DNA of 64,000 nucleotides from the NCBI GenBank assembly GCA_012295275.1, contig CM022675.1:9610001-9674000 (forward strand), read 5' to 3'. Source of the DNA: Chrysomallon squamiferum. Taxonomy: Eukaryota; Animalia; Mollusca. The first letter of the stretch is position 1, and each line of letters begins with the position of its first letter. The notes beneath the pieces are model-generated. The model saw only the letters and a list, made by a program, of their open reading frames with translations, had not been told where the DNA came from and did not search any database. Both the position numbers and the translations under genes were made by a program. Positions 15,099 through 41,422 of the stretch are shown here, in pieces.

Positions 15099-18000
15099 CT
15101 TTTTAAATTTTACCCAACACTGTTTATCACTTAATAATTGCACGTTTCTTTTTTTTTTTTTTTTTAATTTTACTTAATTTTTCAAATACCTTTCTCTGAA
15201 AATATATTACCAAGAATAATTATTTTAATTTATTTTCTTAATTAGAAACTATGGAAGATGTGTTTGAATTTTGACTTTCACTGGTTTGTTTATTTTTACT
15301 TTCTTATTATTTTTAAAAACAAGCTTTTTAACAGATACATATATCTTTTGAAAATAAAGCCCACCTCGTAGACTGGTACTTCAATAAGATGTATTTCCAA
15401 GTTTTCTGATTTCAAAATGAGCAGTGGATTCACACAATTGGTTAGTACTGAGTTCTTTTCCTGTTTTCCAATTCTAGAATACACTCCTGAGATCTACCAT
15501 CATGATATATAATCTTCTATGCTAATGTGTACATTTGACTCACAGAATTAATGAGTATTGAGCTCTTTTTCTATTTTCAAATTCTAGAATGAAAATGTTA
15601 CATCTCTTTGCATTTTGATTTTCTGTCACAAAGTCTAAAGTTGACTCACAGAATATTCTACTTTCAGATTCTATAAACATTCTTTCAGTTTGTTGGTGTG
15701 GCAAATTTTCTTTAGCAAAAGTTGACTCAGAATTGATGAATATTGAGCTGTTTTTTTTTTTTTTTTTTTGTTTCATCAAATTCTAGAATAACTGAATACA
15801 TTTATTGGCACTGTTTATTTTTTGTTACAAAAGTTGACTGACAATCGATGAGTAATTGACTTTTTTCTATTTAATAATAATAATAATAATAACAAAATAA
15901 AATTGATTAATAAATAATTTTAAAAAAATTGTTTTCTATATGCAGTTGTGAATGAATGATATTATAGTTTTTATTAAGTTTAATAAAACTAGTTTCATTC
16001 CAGTTTCCTCTAAAGCATTCTCAGTTGATCTGACTTCTGAAAAAGTTTCTTGATTGTTTTCTATATATATATATATATATATTCCATGTTGGATTAATAG
16101 TATTAGATAAAAGTATCTAAAAATATGATAGCACAGACTTTTTGGAATTGTAAATATTTGGTTATTTTAACTCTTATCATCAGTTGGTTTACTTTGTTTG
16201 TATTTTACTGATTTTCCTTAGATGTTCTTTGTATGAAATTATCTATAAAAATAAATAAATAAATAAATACTAAAAATAATAATGATTATATTGATAATAA
16301 CATTAAGAAATAAGAAATAAATAAGTAAATAAATTTAAAAAAAAAAAAAAACTATTTTATATTCCATCATCTTCTTTAAATGTCTGCTAAAATCTCTGAA
16401 ATGTTTTTTTTTTTTTTTTTTTTTCTCTTGAATAATCTGAGAAGAGTAGATCTCTAAAACAAATCACATTAAAAGTATTGATATTTATTGTTCTGTATTA
16501 AATAATTTGCTTTGCAACTGATTCTTTTTTTTTTTTTTTTTATCATAAATAACACATTATAATTTGTTACCATTTCTTTTAACTCTTGATTTATAAAAAG
16601 CCATGGTATGTGGTTTCTAGGCTTAAGTAGATGCTAATAAAAGTTTCCTTCCTGTTAATCATCCAATTGTGACATGAGGGTTTGAACCATCTTCATATAA
16701 ATGTTCTCTGGTACATTTTTTTTTTTTATCTTTCAGTATTAGCATTTCTAAAATGTTTACCTGTTCATATACATGTTACTGACCATTAAACATAGTGTTG
16801 TTCCTTATCTTTGTAAATTATGTTACTTAACAAAAGATTTAAAAGGTGTTGAGTGCATTATTAAAGAAACTATTTATTTTTTTTTTTTTTTTTTTTTTTT
16901 TCAAAACCAGTGACAGTTTACTTTTCTGCAAAACAGAATAAACATAAAATGGGTGAATTTCTTTTCAAAATTTAAAATTAAGAGATCAGTTATGCAGAAG
17001 AATATCTGAACACTTCTAGATACATCTTCATTTATATACATAGTCTTGTTATATTTCTCATCAATATTCATTTTTATCTTCCTATCTGTTATAACTATTT
17101 GTTTATTTGTTTGTTTGTTTATTCACTTTTATTTTTATTTTTCTTCTTGTTGTTTTAAACATCAAAGTTCCATGAGTCAGTTATGAAAAGTAAATGATGT
17201 AACATTTGTGAAACATCAGCAAATCTGGAGGTCTCTAACAAATTCATGTGTAGTCAACTTGACTTAATGGCATGATGTCTTCACACATTTCTAACTCTTG
17301 TCCACACACTGGTCTGAAGTCATCAATTAAATTTACTTAACATACTTACTCAGGTTCACATCTTGACATTCTTCAACTTTAGTCACCAAATTCAAAACCC
17401 AGCTGTAAAGTCCATAAATAAATAGAAAGCTGCTAATAACAAATATTTCTGTAACACATTGGTTATTTTAGCTTTTGTCCTTTATTGGTTTCATTTTTTT
17501 TTTTTTTTGCCTTGAATTCATCATATTTTGATGGTTTTTTTGTATGAATGTTGTAACTGTAAATAAATAAACAAATAAATAAATAATTAAATAAATTAGT
17601 GACGATAAAGAAAGATAAAGAAATAATAATAAATAAAGAGACAAACAAACAAACAAATATGTAAATAATAAATAAAACAGAAAATAACAAGAAGCCCTCC
17701 TTAAAGAATGTTTGATGATGAAACAAGATTTCCTGCTGTTTTCTGAATGTATATGATAATTAAAAACTAATTAGAAAATATGTTTGGATTTTTATTATAA
17801 TGACACAGTGTTTTGTTTCTTTTTACTTTTCTTGCTGGTTTTAATAACAATTTTTTTTTGTAGACACTCATCTCATTAGTGAATGCTGCAGTCTACATAC
17901 ACTTGTGTACAAATATCTCAGTAAAATTTATTTCCAAATATTCTGATTTAAAAATGAAAAGTGGTCAGTTTGAGCTCTTTTTCTATTTTCAAATTATACA

Positions 18001-21000
18001 AGGTGCTCCTCAAATCTGCTGCCAGGATAAATATCAAAGTGAACAGTTCCCTCAGTTATTTGTGAGTTTTGAGTTCCTTATTCTTCAATTTTCCAAGTTC
18101 ACAAAGGACTTACTGAGTTGTCTTATATACAGTCAAATTCTACAATAGATTAATGAGGATTTTATTTTTATATTACTGAATAAGTTTTGTTTTTTTTGCA
18201 GAGGACTTTTTAGTTCGAATAGTTTTTGCCTGCAACAGACTCAAGAACTTTGTGAGTATTAAGTTATTCCTCTTTCAAAGTTTTTTTGTTTATTTTATAA
18301 CAACAATAATAACAATAACAATAATTCTGATATGTAAATATTTTTTAAAATGAAAAAGAAAAATTGATTAACATGTGTCATATATCCTTTGATTTAAAAA
18401 TGTGTTTAGTGCATCAGAACAGAAAACATTTCTTAAATTTCTGTTCTCTTGTTACTGACTGAAAAGAAAAAGAAAAAGGTGAACTTCTGTTTAAAATTAA
18501 AAGAATATTCAAATACATTTGTGTATGTTCATAATTTCATACACTGCAATATTCATTTTATTTAGACATTCATTAATCAATCTATGTTACATAAATATCT
18601 TCATTAATCTTTTTAAAAACTTCTCTTGTTTTGAAAATTCACTTACGAATTAATGGTATTATCAAATATATCAAATTCCTTTGTTACATTCTAACTTCCT
18701 TGAAGAATTCATGTGCACAGTTCCATTTTTTTGGATTTAATGAAAATGTCCAGTTGCAACAGTTAGGTTTGTAAATATTTTGTTTGTTTAGGCTTTATCT
18801 TGTTATTGTTTAGTTCCTTTGCCTTGCATGCAATTTGTTTAGATGTGTTTTTACTACTAAATAAATAAATAACAATGATGATAAATAAATAGTAAACTAT
18901 ATGTCAAATATTAACTTGTCCATAAAGATTTTATTAAAAAGAAAGATTTTCTTCATCTTTATAATTGCTTCTAGAATCCCTGTTTCGTTTTCTTCATGAA
19001 TAATTTCAGAAAAATAAATCTGTTAAACAATTATGAATAGAAAATGTTTGATTTTTCAGTTCATTGTGATATTTGTATTGGATGATGTGTTTTTTCCAAT
19101 TTTTTTTTTTTTTTGTTTATCATAAAAAAAGACTCATCTAAATTTCTTTCCATTTGTTATACCTCTCTTGGTTTCCTCAAGATTTATTAAAGGCCATGGC
19201 CTGTAATTAGGAAGAAACTTATAAAAGATCCCTTGCTGTTAATCTGTAAGAATATTTCATAAAGTGGAGATATTATTTTTATACACATGATAAGCTCTTT
19301 TTGATATATTTTTTTTCCATATATTTAATTTTGCTTTTATGTTGGTAACCTCTAATGTATGGAGTCAAACTTCTTTATATTCATTCTACTTATGAAGTAT
19401 TTTTGGCACTAAATTCGCCAGTTTTAGGCTTTTTCTTGGAATGGTATTTTCTTTCTTTTTCTTAATATCAGTTACATCCACTATGTAGAATGAGTCCTAT
19501 ACATTTAATTTTTTTTATATTTTTTTTTTTTTCTACCAGTAAATGCATATCTTTTTCTAGGATCTTGAAATAACGTCTGACTGATATATATCAAACTTTT
19601 ACTTTAAAAGTATTTCTTGAAATAAATAAATAGTAAATTAAATAAAAAATGAAGTCCTCCATAAAGACTATTTTATTAAAATGAAAAATTTTCATCTGGC
19701 TTCATCTTAGATAATATTAATTTTAATTAGATTTATTTTATTAATCTTCTAAATATCTTCATTGATTTCTTTTAGTAACTTCTCTTGTAATAGCCCAACA
19801 ATGGCTTGTTTTGTATATTTAATTATGAATTATCAAATATATCAAATTCTTTTGTTTCATTCTAAATTCCTTTAAAGAATTTATATGACATTTTAACAAT
19901 CCCATTTTGGATTAATGATATTAGATGAAAGTGTGGAATTGCAACACTATACCTCTCTGGGTTTTTTCAAACTTATTACATGCTATGGCAAGTATATATA
20001 TATATATATATATATTTCTGGCAGAAAATTCACCAATCTGTTGTAGACGTTTTTGTTATTAAATGTAACATCATTTTTTTTTTTTTTTTAATTTTGCCAT
20101 ATCACTTGTGATCAGAATGTAGAATCTATCCTATACACATCAATTTTATTTTCAAATTTTTTCTGGTAATAAATTCATCTCTTTTCCTGGGATAAAGGAA
20201 TAATATTAGATGTATTAATCTTTTATATGGAATCAGACTTGTGTATAAAACTTTAGTGTGTCAAGTTTACTTTAAAAGTATTCACCATTTGTTTTGTTTT
20301 TTTCTTGACTGGATGCTTTAAAAATAATACACATTAATCTTTCAATATCATTCTTACTAGTTTCATTAATTTGAAGGAGACCTGACTATGATTCCTTGCA
20401 CTGAATTGACAACCTTTTCTTGATAGTTTCTGCAATAAATATATATTGTGTTTCTGTTTCACTAACATGCATCTGCTGAATCGTATATGCTTTTATTTGG
20501 TCGTAATTTTACTGTAGTCTAAGATAGGGTAAAAATATCCTTACATTGTTATCCAATGATATGATCTGTTGAAAATATCTTTACATATCCTTATTATATT
20601 TTCAGGCATTGATGCTATCTGTTAGCAGCATCCTTGCATCTGAGTTGTGATTCTAAGTATTAACAATATGCTTACATCTTTAAGATTCAGTACTGACTCC
20701 AATTGTCTTGTGATCTGTTAAAACTGTTTTCATTATATCATGTATCAAGTCTTCACTGAATCACTGTAATTGTATTGAACATAATTTCATGTGTTCTACT
20801 TTTACATTTTTGCTTTCAATTGTGTTCAGAATTTGTATTCAACATTTCTTACATAAAAATGTTCTTACAATGTTCTGTACAGATGTTCCTCGTTCCAGAC
20901 TAAAAATTTAAAATGATAGTAATTTGTAATTCTTTTTTATGGTTATGTTAAACATAATATCATTATAAACATGTTTTGAGGAATAACAAAAAATTTTTTT

Positions 21001-22698
21001 TTAATGTTATTATTTAATAATAATAATAATTATAAGAAGAAGTAGTTGAAGAACAATAATAATAGCAAAATATAAATGTGTAATGAAAAAATTAACAATT
21101 TTATCATTGATTTCATTTTATGTTAATATTTAATAACAACAACAATAATAATAATATGATGAATAAGAAAAACAATTGTATGAAAAACTATTCAGATCAA
21201 CTTGAAAATTAATATTAAAGAATAATAAATAAGTCAACTGTATCAGAATCTATTTTATCTGATCATTGTTGAGTAAGTTGCAGGCCTGATTTTTACCTTT
21301 AATATATTAAATACAATTATTTATTCACAGTTAAGGTCTTTCATGGTCTAACTAATTTTGTGACTGCTGCCATAGGTAACGTTACCTGGCTAAATTTATC
21401 CTTTGATTTATTGTTGTTTGTTTGTTGTTTTTGTTTGTTATGTTTTTTGTTTGTTTTTCTTTTTTCTATTTTTCTTTTTTAATAATAATAATAATAATAA
21501 TAATACGAAAATATAAGATATTAATAAGGCATTCAAAATTAAGAAATATTATTTACTTTATTTTCATTCTTAGTGACATTAAAATTAAATTATAAAAGTT
21601 ACTTTGACGTGGTGTCATGTAATTACAGGTTTACAAATATTCACAAAGGTTTTCATAAACATTCCTTATAAACATTCAATAATATTATCAGACTGAAAAG
21701 TTTATTTAAGGCTGATAAAACGTTCTTGTTTTCTTGGGGTTTTTTTTATTCCTTTATGTATTGATGATATTATAACAGATGGTTTTTATTAAGTTTGAAT
21801 AAAACTTTTTATTTTCATTTTAATTTCATTTAAAGCATTCTGAATTGACATACCTTTTCAACATACCTGTTGCGCAATTGTTTTCTATATTCCATGTTGA
21901 ATTAACAGTATTAGATAAAAGTATCTAAATTTGATCAGCACAGGCTTTTTGGACTTGTAAAATTAGGGTTATTTTAATTTTATCATTTGTTGGTTTACTT
22001 TGTTTTTTCTGATTTTCTTTAAATGTTTTAATTTTTAAAAACTTTTCAGTTGTAGATGATGTGAAGTACTATACATAGTCATGATGGCTTGGTCAGCACA
22101 CATCCATATTTAAGGCTTTATTGATAGCCTTATTGTAACATATAAACAGGTCTGAAAATCTTCAGAATATAACTCCTCTTGTAGCTTTTCATAATAAAGA
22201 CTGTCATTTCAGAGATGGTTGAATATAACATTATCATTAGATTTATATATCTTATCTATCTTCATGATTTAGCTTACATTTTCTCTTGAATCTTTGTACA
22301 AACCAAGAGTAATAACGTATTTTTAAGTAGATGGATCTTGTTTCTTTTGCAGGTAAATAAAGGTTTTATTTCTGTATTGCAATAAATGTACATTATTTAA
22401 ACGTCCAGAACTGTATATCATTCATATTATCTTCAGAAGAATTAATATCAACTCTTTTAGACCCAATATAAATTATTTGAAAACATACATGTCTGTATAT
22501 ATAGCTAATTATATTTGCCACATAACGGTTAGAAATTGTAAATATTTTATTATTTTAACTTTTATCATCTGTTGGTTTACTTTGTTTGTCTTGTACTCAT
22601 TTTCCTTACACGTTTTAATACCTGCAAAAATAACTAAATAACTAAATAACTAACTAACTAAATAATAGGACTACTCCATAAATAGTGATTTCTAAAGT

Positions 22699-22733
<35 letters not shown>

Positions 22734-23560
22734 TTTTATTAAAGACTGAAATTTTATATTTTTTCTGTTGAATAATCTCAGAAGAATAATTCTAAAATAT
22801 GTCAGCTCCAGTTCATTTTGTATTAAATGATGTTCTTTACAACGGATCCTCTTTTTCTCATAAATAAGACATAATTTTTTTACCATTTGTTATAAGTCTT
22901 TGGTGCTTATCCAGATTTATAAAAAAGCTATGGTATGTTTGTAATTCCTGCGAATGCTGAGATGTTTATGAAAGATCCTTTACTGTTAATCTGTAAGAAT
23001 AATTCACACAGTGGAGATAACTGGTTTTGTATCACCATTATGCATATGATAAACTGTTCAGTGGTGTATATATTTTTTTCTTCTTCCAAATCTCCATTTC
23101 TAAACTTTTTCTAGTTCATTTAGACTTAGCTGTATATTGTGTCAGTGTTGGAAACGTCAGTTATACTTTTTGTTTTTCTGACATTTTACCCAACCATTTT
23201 ATCCATACTAGAGTACAAATATCTCAGTAAAATGTATTGCCAAATTTTCAGGTTTCAAAATGAGCAGTGGACTAATTTTCAAATTCTATTTTTACATTCT
23301 AGAATAAACATTGTTGATTTTCTACTTCAAAGTCTAAAGTTGTTGACTCATAGAATTAATGAACATTGAGCTCTTAATTTCTACTTCCAAATTCTAGAAT
23401 CACTGTATGAAGTTGTTCATGTCGTATATTTTCTATAACAAAAGCTGACTCACAGAATTGATAAGTATTGAGATCTTCTTCTGTTTTAAGGTCTAAAGGG
23501 GTGTCACAGAGTTGACAGTTGCTTCCTTCGATCTGCTTGTTGGTACCTGTATATAAAGAC
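10860..23560. repeat. Mosaic of diverged internal segmental duplications (decayed multi-copy locus, possible pseudogene or lncRNA)
   Basis: Related blocks: 10880/10990/11130/12715; 11930-12060 vs 13030-13190; 12610-12660 vs 13270-13315; 14700-14880 vs 20330-20500; 16080-16230 vs 21880-22020 vs 22530-22610; 16520-16660 vs 19110-19260 vs 22850-23000; 18600-18780 vs 19740-19950; 15390-15870 vs 17900-18000 vs 23210-23480. No intact long ORF. Confidence 0.75.
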
Positions 23561-24173
23561 AATCTGTCTGTTATTCAAGTTTGTTTTGTGAATATTCTGA
23601 GCGTAGCCAGACTGTACTCTTACGGAGAACAGCTGAGACGGACATTTTCATGGATAATGCTGGTTTTCCACTAGAAATCGGTCTACCCCTCTTTCTACTA
23701 CGCCAATATTTGCAAAAAAAAAAAAAATAATAATAATAATACAAAATACAAAATACAAAAAAAAAAAAAAAAAAAAAAAAAAAAACAACCCAACAATAAT
23801 AATAATAATAACGAAATATGAAGGCCAACATATGTATCGGCCGAATATAGGTCTGTATCGCTTTAAGGCCAATCATTGCCAACTGGGTTTACCTTGCTTC
23901 TGGTACCATAAAAAAGTACCATTTAGTCGTACATACACTCGCTACAAGAAGAAACCCGAGACCCCTATCATAAAATAACTAACTCGGTCTTCGTCGGACG
24001 TGTTTGAATCGCCTAAATAAGGAATTTCTTGGTTATTAAAACATTATTTTAACCGTTAAAACCAGACACGTTTCTTGATTCAGAGACTCATAAAGGAATT
24101 CTTGTTGTCACTGTTTATTCTGTAATGTCTGTTGTTATGATACCAAAGTCATTGGTTAAAAATAAATAAAAAA

Positions 24174-24204
<31 letters not shown>

Positions 24205-24613
24205 ATTTATAATATGACCAATAAGTTTTACATAATGTCACAATAAGTCATAAATCCGACCAGTCAGTCATGTAGTTGTTTTCTTTCTGTAAAGCCTTCA
24301 TAGTTACTGAACTTAATAAACAAAAATCTTTTGAAACACACTGCTATATGTTCAGTCATAAAATAGTTCACATACAAATACATGTACCAGTTATTGTGGT
24401 TAGTTTCAGTGTTGAGAAATAAGCCAAATCAAAGCTTAGGTGTGAGGGATCGTCATTCGAACTTTCCTGGTGTTTTCTGTATAAAATAATATATCAGAGA
24501 CCTAGAGATAATAAAACTTTTAATAGTTTACAAAATTTGCTTCATACATTCCTCGCAATAACTCGGTAACTAAATGCAGTATTCCAAATCAATGACCTCA
24601 CTGTGCTTTCTTT

Positions 24614-24683
<70 letters not shown>

Positions 24684-25503
24684 CTGAGAACAGTATTTTG
24701 TTATAAGTCCTCAATGTTGTTTATTTCTCAACAGATTTGATTTTTTTTTTTTCTTTTCTTTTGGCCTCTGAGATAGTTATTTATGGTAATTACTGACCAT
24801 TCAGTTGCATACTTTATCTCCTGACTGCAGAAGTAAACAGTAGAAATAGTAATTAAAATATAATAATAAAAAAATAACTGTTTTAAATATATACTGTTAA
24901 CTTTAAAAAAATATATATATATTTTGATTATTTTGTTTAAGTACTTTGATTTTTCCCTTTTCTGATTTTATCAAATTGAAAGTCATCAAATAAGTATGTA
25001 GCCATGTTTGTATTTCTATTAAAGTAAAGATAAAAGCTGACAAGGAATAGATTATTGTATTAGAAAATGCGTAATAGCTGTTTTGTGTTATTTTTATTAT
25101 TAAATTAGAGCACACATAAAAAAAATAGTTTTATTATTTATTTATTTTTATTAATTTACATCTTTCTTTTATAAATCTTTTTTGTTAAATTTTTATTACA
25201 GATATATTTTTTAAATTTACTGTGTGTGTGTGTGTGTCAAAGGAATTAAGTATCAGTTCTGTAAATCTTGAATGAAAAACAATTTACTCAGCTTTTAATT
25301 ATGTTTAATTTAGCTTGTTTAATAATGGTAAGAAGAAGAATAACATATTTATTATTGTCATCACCATTATCATTACTGCTGTTGTTATTTTTAGTGTTAA
25401 TTTTGAATGATGGTCTATATCAGAGTTTGTATTTAATAAAATGTAAACACATTGAGAAAATAAAATTGAGATATCTATTGTCATGTTTTTAATGTGTTTT
25501 GTT

Positions 25504-25541
<38 letters not shown>

Positions 25542-25649
25542 TTTATTGTGCTTAGCTATTAATAAAACTTTTTCTTCACTGAACAACACTGAACAGAAAT
25601 ACTTTTATATAATTTGTTATATACTTTTCTTTTCCTTTTTCCCTATATT

Positions 25650-25680
<31 letters not shown>

Positions 25681-26029
25681 CTTTTTTTAAGGATACATTG
25701 TTATTGCTAAAAGTTACACGTTTTTATCAAACAAATGGTTTGAACTTGTAAACAGCATTTTAATAACTACAGATAACATGTCTGTTTATCTTGTAAAACT
25801 TCACATTTATTTTAAATATATCAGACTCGATTACTTTGTGAATACAATAACTTTTCGTTTCATCCTGGTGTCGAAATTATTTGAATAAAAATTATTTTTG
25901 TTCGTGATCACATTAATAGATACAAAAGGAATTTATCTGTAAAGCGATTGTTATAGTTTACCTTAAGATGCTTTAAAACCGTATAATGTAATGTTGTTTA
26001 ATTTAAAGCTTCTTTAAAAGAGTATTACG

Positions 26030-26830
26030 TTATGTACACTGCGTTACGACGTAATATAATGTTCCACAATGTAATCAAAAGTTGCGATGGAACTGTATAA
26101 CGTAATATGACAACCTGGAATGTAATAAAAAGTTGCGTAAAAACTGTACAACGTAATATAATATTACACAAAGTTGCATTAAAACAGAACAATATAATGT
26201 ATTTTATTATAACGCTGTTTTAAAACAGTACAATGTACAGTAACGTTTTGTTATTTTAAAACGTTAGAGCCTAATAATGTAATCTAAAGCCACGTTAAAA
26301 TAATTCAACGTTATATAATGTTCTATAATTAATTCTAAAACTGCGTTAAAACAGTGCAACGTACCGTAACTTTCTATAATTTAAGGCTGCGTAGAAACAG
26401 TTCTACGTACTGTATCATTCTGTAATCTAAAGCCGCGTAGAAAGAGCAGAGCGTAATAAGACATTCTATAATGTAAAGATATGCTAAAAGAATAGAAAGC
26501 AAAGTAACGTTTTACCATCTAATTTAAATTTATGTAAAACAGTTAAACGTGATGTAATCTAAACACCGTTTAACACTTTGACGTAATGTAAAATTCTATA
26601 ATATAATCAAAATATGCGTTAAAGAGTACATTGTAATATAGTTTTTAGAATGTAATATAAAGTTGCGTTAAAACTATACAATTTAATGTAACGTCGTGGA
26701 ATATAATATAAAATTGCATAACGCACCATAACCACTGTAAGACAATCTAAAGATGCGTTAAGACAGTACAATGTTATGTACCGATTTGCAGTGTAATGTA
26801 AAACTGTATTGTAATTTAAAGATAATGCTA
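26030..26830. repeat. Degenerate ~50-bp minisatellite
   Basis: Recurrent unit resembling aaagttgcgttaaaactgtacaacgtaatataatgttctataatgtaatct. Matching aaagttgcg anchors at ~26078 and ~26129 give a period of ~51 bp. Confidence 0.75.
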
Positions 26831-27003
26831 TTTTTGCCGAATGTAATGGTGTATGTATTTGTTTTTCTTACGTATGTATTTTTTTTTTTAATTTTTTATT
26901 TTTATATTTTTTCCCGGAATGTTCAAAAAACAATTTAAAAACTAAATGAGTAAGTAAGTAAGTAAATAAATGATGGTGATACATATATACATAAAAGTGA
27001 CTA

Positions 27004-27047
<44 letters not shown>

Positions 27048-27508
27048 ATAATTTTAAGAAAATAATATTTTACACACACACGTACACACATACACACACA
27101 AACGTACATACTTATTTACATCATTCTCCGCCTTTAAATCCATACATTTCCTTTTATAATTTTTAATTTCGACCACTGTGAGACGTAGACATATTTAAAA
27201 TATTTACACAGACTTGTTTATGTTCAACTACATTTTATCAATCAGCTAATCTTTCAAGTTTTAGCTTAGAATCAGTAACCGAGTTATGTGTGTTTTTATC
27301 TAAATTCCATTCTTTGATAATCGGAGAGCTTGGATCAACGTATTTATCTAGATTCCTCGATGTTTTTGTTTAAGTGAAGACAGGATATACAGCTCTGCGT
27401 TTTTCACAGTGTTTTTTTGTTGTTGTTTTTTTGTTAGAAAGTCAGTAACATATTGCTTTTTGCAAATATACAATTCATAAACGATCAGGAAGGTACGTTT
27501 CTTCATAA

Positions 27509-27586
<78 letters not shown>

Positions 27587-28169
27587 AATTGTTTTTATTT
27601 TCACTTTTTAATTTGTTATACGTTTATAAATACATGAATCAGTAATACTACTACTATTACTACTACTACTACTACTACTACTACTAATAATAATAATGTG
27701 TTCTAAATAAATAAATAAGTTGATTAATTAATTAATTAAAATCATGTAGTTAAAAAAGTAAAAAAAATAAAAATAAAAATAAATATATAAAAATACTATA
27801 GATGCATGTAGAAATAAAAAGTATATTTCCCCCCACAAATATATATATTTTTTATAAGTAGATTAAAAAACAAAAAAAAAAAAAAAGGAATTTTAATGAA
27901 AATGATTCATTTAATTTTACAATGTATATTGTGATGGATTTAGTTTTTTCTTTACATTCTTTTTAGCGTTCTTAACATTTTCTTTCATTCTCGTTTCTTC
28001 TTCTTTTTCTTCTTCATTTCATGTTTCAAAATTAACTTTTAATATCTTATTTTAAAATATGTTGAATTATTATATATTTATTCATTCATTCAATACAAAA
28101 TTATAAACTGATGCATAACATCACGGAAAAAAGGTTTGATTTTTTTTATAGGCATTCATTTTTCTTCAT

Positions 28170-28219
28170 TCGCTCTTTTCCCGCCTCCCCGCAATTCGAA
28201 AAGACAAAATAATTGATAA

Positions 28220-28271
<52 letters not shown>

Positions 28272-28660
28272 TCAGCATTATCATCAAAAACAATAATAAT
28301 AATAATCCACATCATTATCAGCATCATCAGCAACAACAACGACATCGACAACAATAATAATAATATTCATCATCAATAACTATAACAATAGCAATAACAA
28401 TAACAATAACAACAATAACATAAACTAATCTGAAACCAGTTAAATTAAACGTAAATACAGATACTTCATTTACCTCAGCCCAGATACCTATTTAGCCACA
28501 TCCGAAATTAACAAATTTATCATCCGAAGGAATTTCGGAAACACTCGGGTAGCAAACGATACACAACAACAGTGGAAGTTTTATTATCGTCTGCTCTCTG
28601 TAAATAAATTTTAGTTCGGCTCGAGCAGACGAAAAGAAGTGATAATTAGGTCAAGACAAG
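28170..28660 (+). promoter_or_regulatory. Putative promoter and non-coding first exon of the lectin-WSC gene
   Basis: E2F-like TTTTCCCGCC at ~28176, Inr-like TTAGTT at ~28611, donor AAG|GTAAAT at 28661 and acceptor TTTTTAG at 29107 ahead of ATG 29129. Confidence 0.4.
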
Positions 28661-29070
28661 GTAAATGTGTTTATTTCATAAAATACAGTTTATTTATTAA
28701 TATGTGTACGTACATTTTCTGTATTTTATTATATTTACTTGTTTTATAAATTGTTCGAAATATTTAGCTGGTTAGTGAATGGTTCATTATCGATATATCT
28801 GAAACCACTTTAATATTCGTTTATACGTGTAGAAATTTAAAATTAATCAATAATTAAACAACTTTCGTGTCGTCTGCTTTAATTCATTTAGTTAAGCATT
28901 TTAAATTATCACTTATGTAATCAGTGTTATTGCCTCTTGAAGAAGTCTGTTCAAAATTTATTTCGTTAAACTTTCTAACAAGTGTTCATGCGCTAAAACT
29001 GAACGGGTTTTGTTAATATATACAGTCTCGGAATGCAAATAAAGGGATAAATATTTATATCTAATTGGGA

Positions 29071-29108
<38 letters not shown>

Positions 29109-29128
29109 TAATTCATATTTAACTCAGC

Positions 29129-41094
<11,966 letters not shown>

Positions 41095-41376
41095 TGAATT
41101 AGATTATACTTTAAATTATTATTTTGGTCTAATAATAGAAATATTAAAATGTGCTAAATACACTGGTTAAACAAAATTTTATTTTGTTAATTACACCTAC
41201 ATAATATATTACTCTACTCACTCAAACACAATTATATAAGTATCATATGCATCACGTGATTCATAACAAATTTACGTGTTCATGACCTTATAATTTTGCA
41301 TTACACACAGAAACACACACGGGGTGGGGGGAACCTGTCATTTGTATTTTAAAACTACTAACACAGCATAACCGAG

Positions 41377-41422
<46 letters not shown>

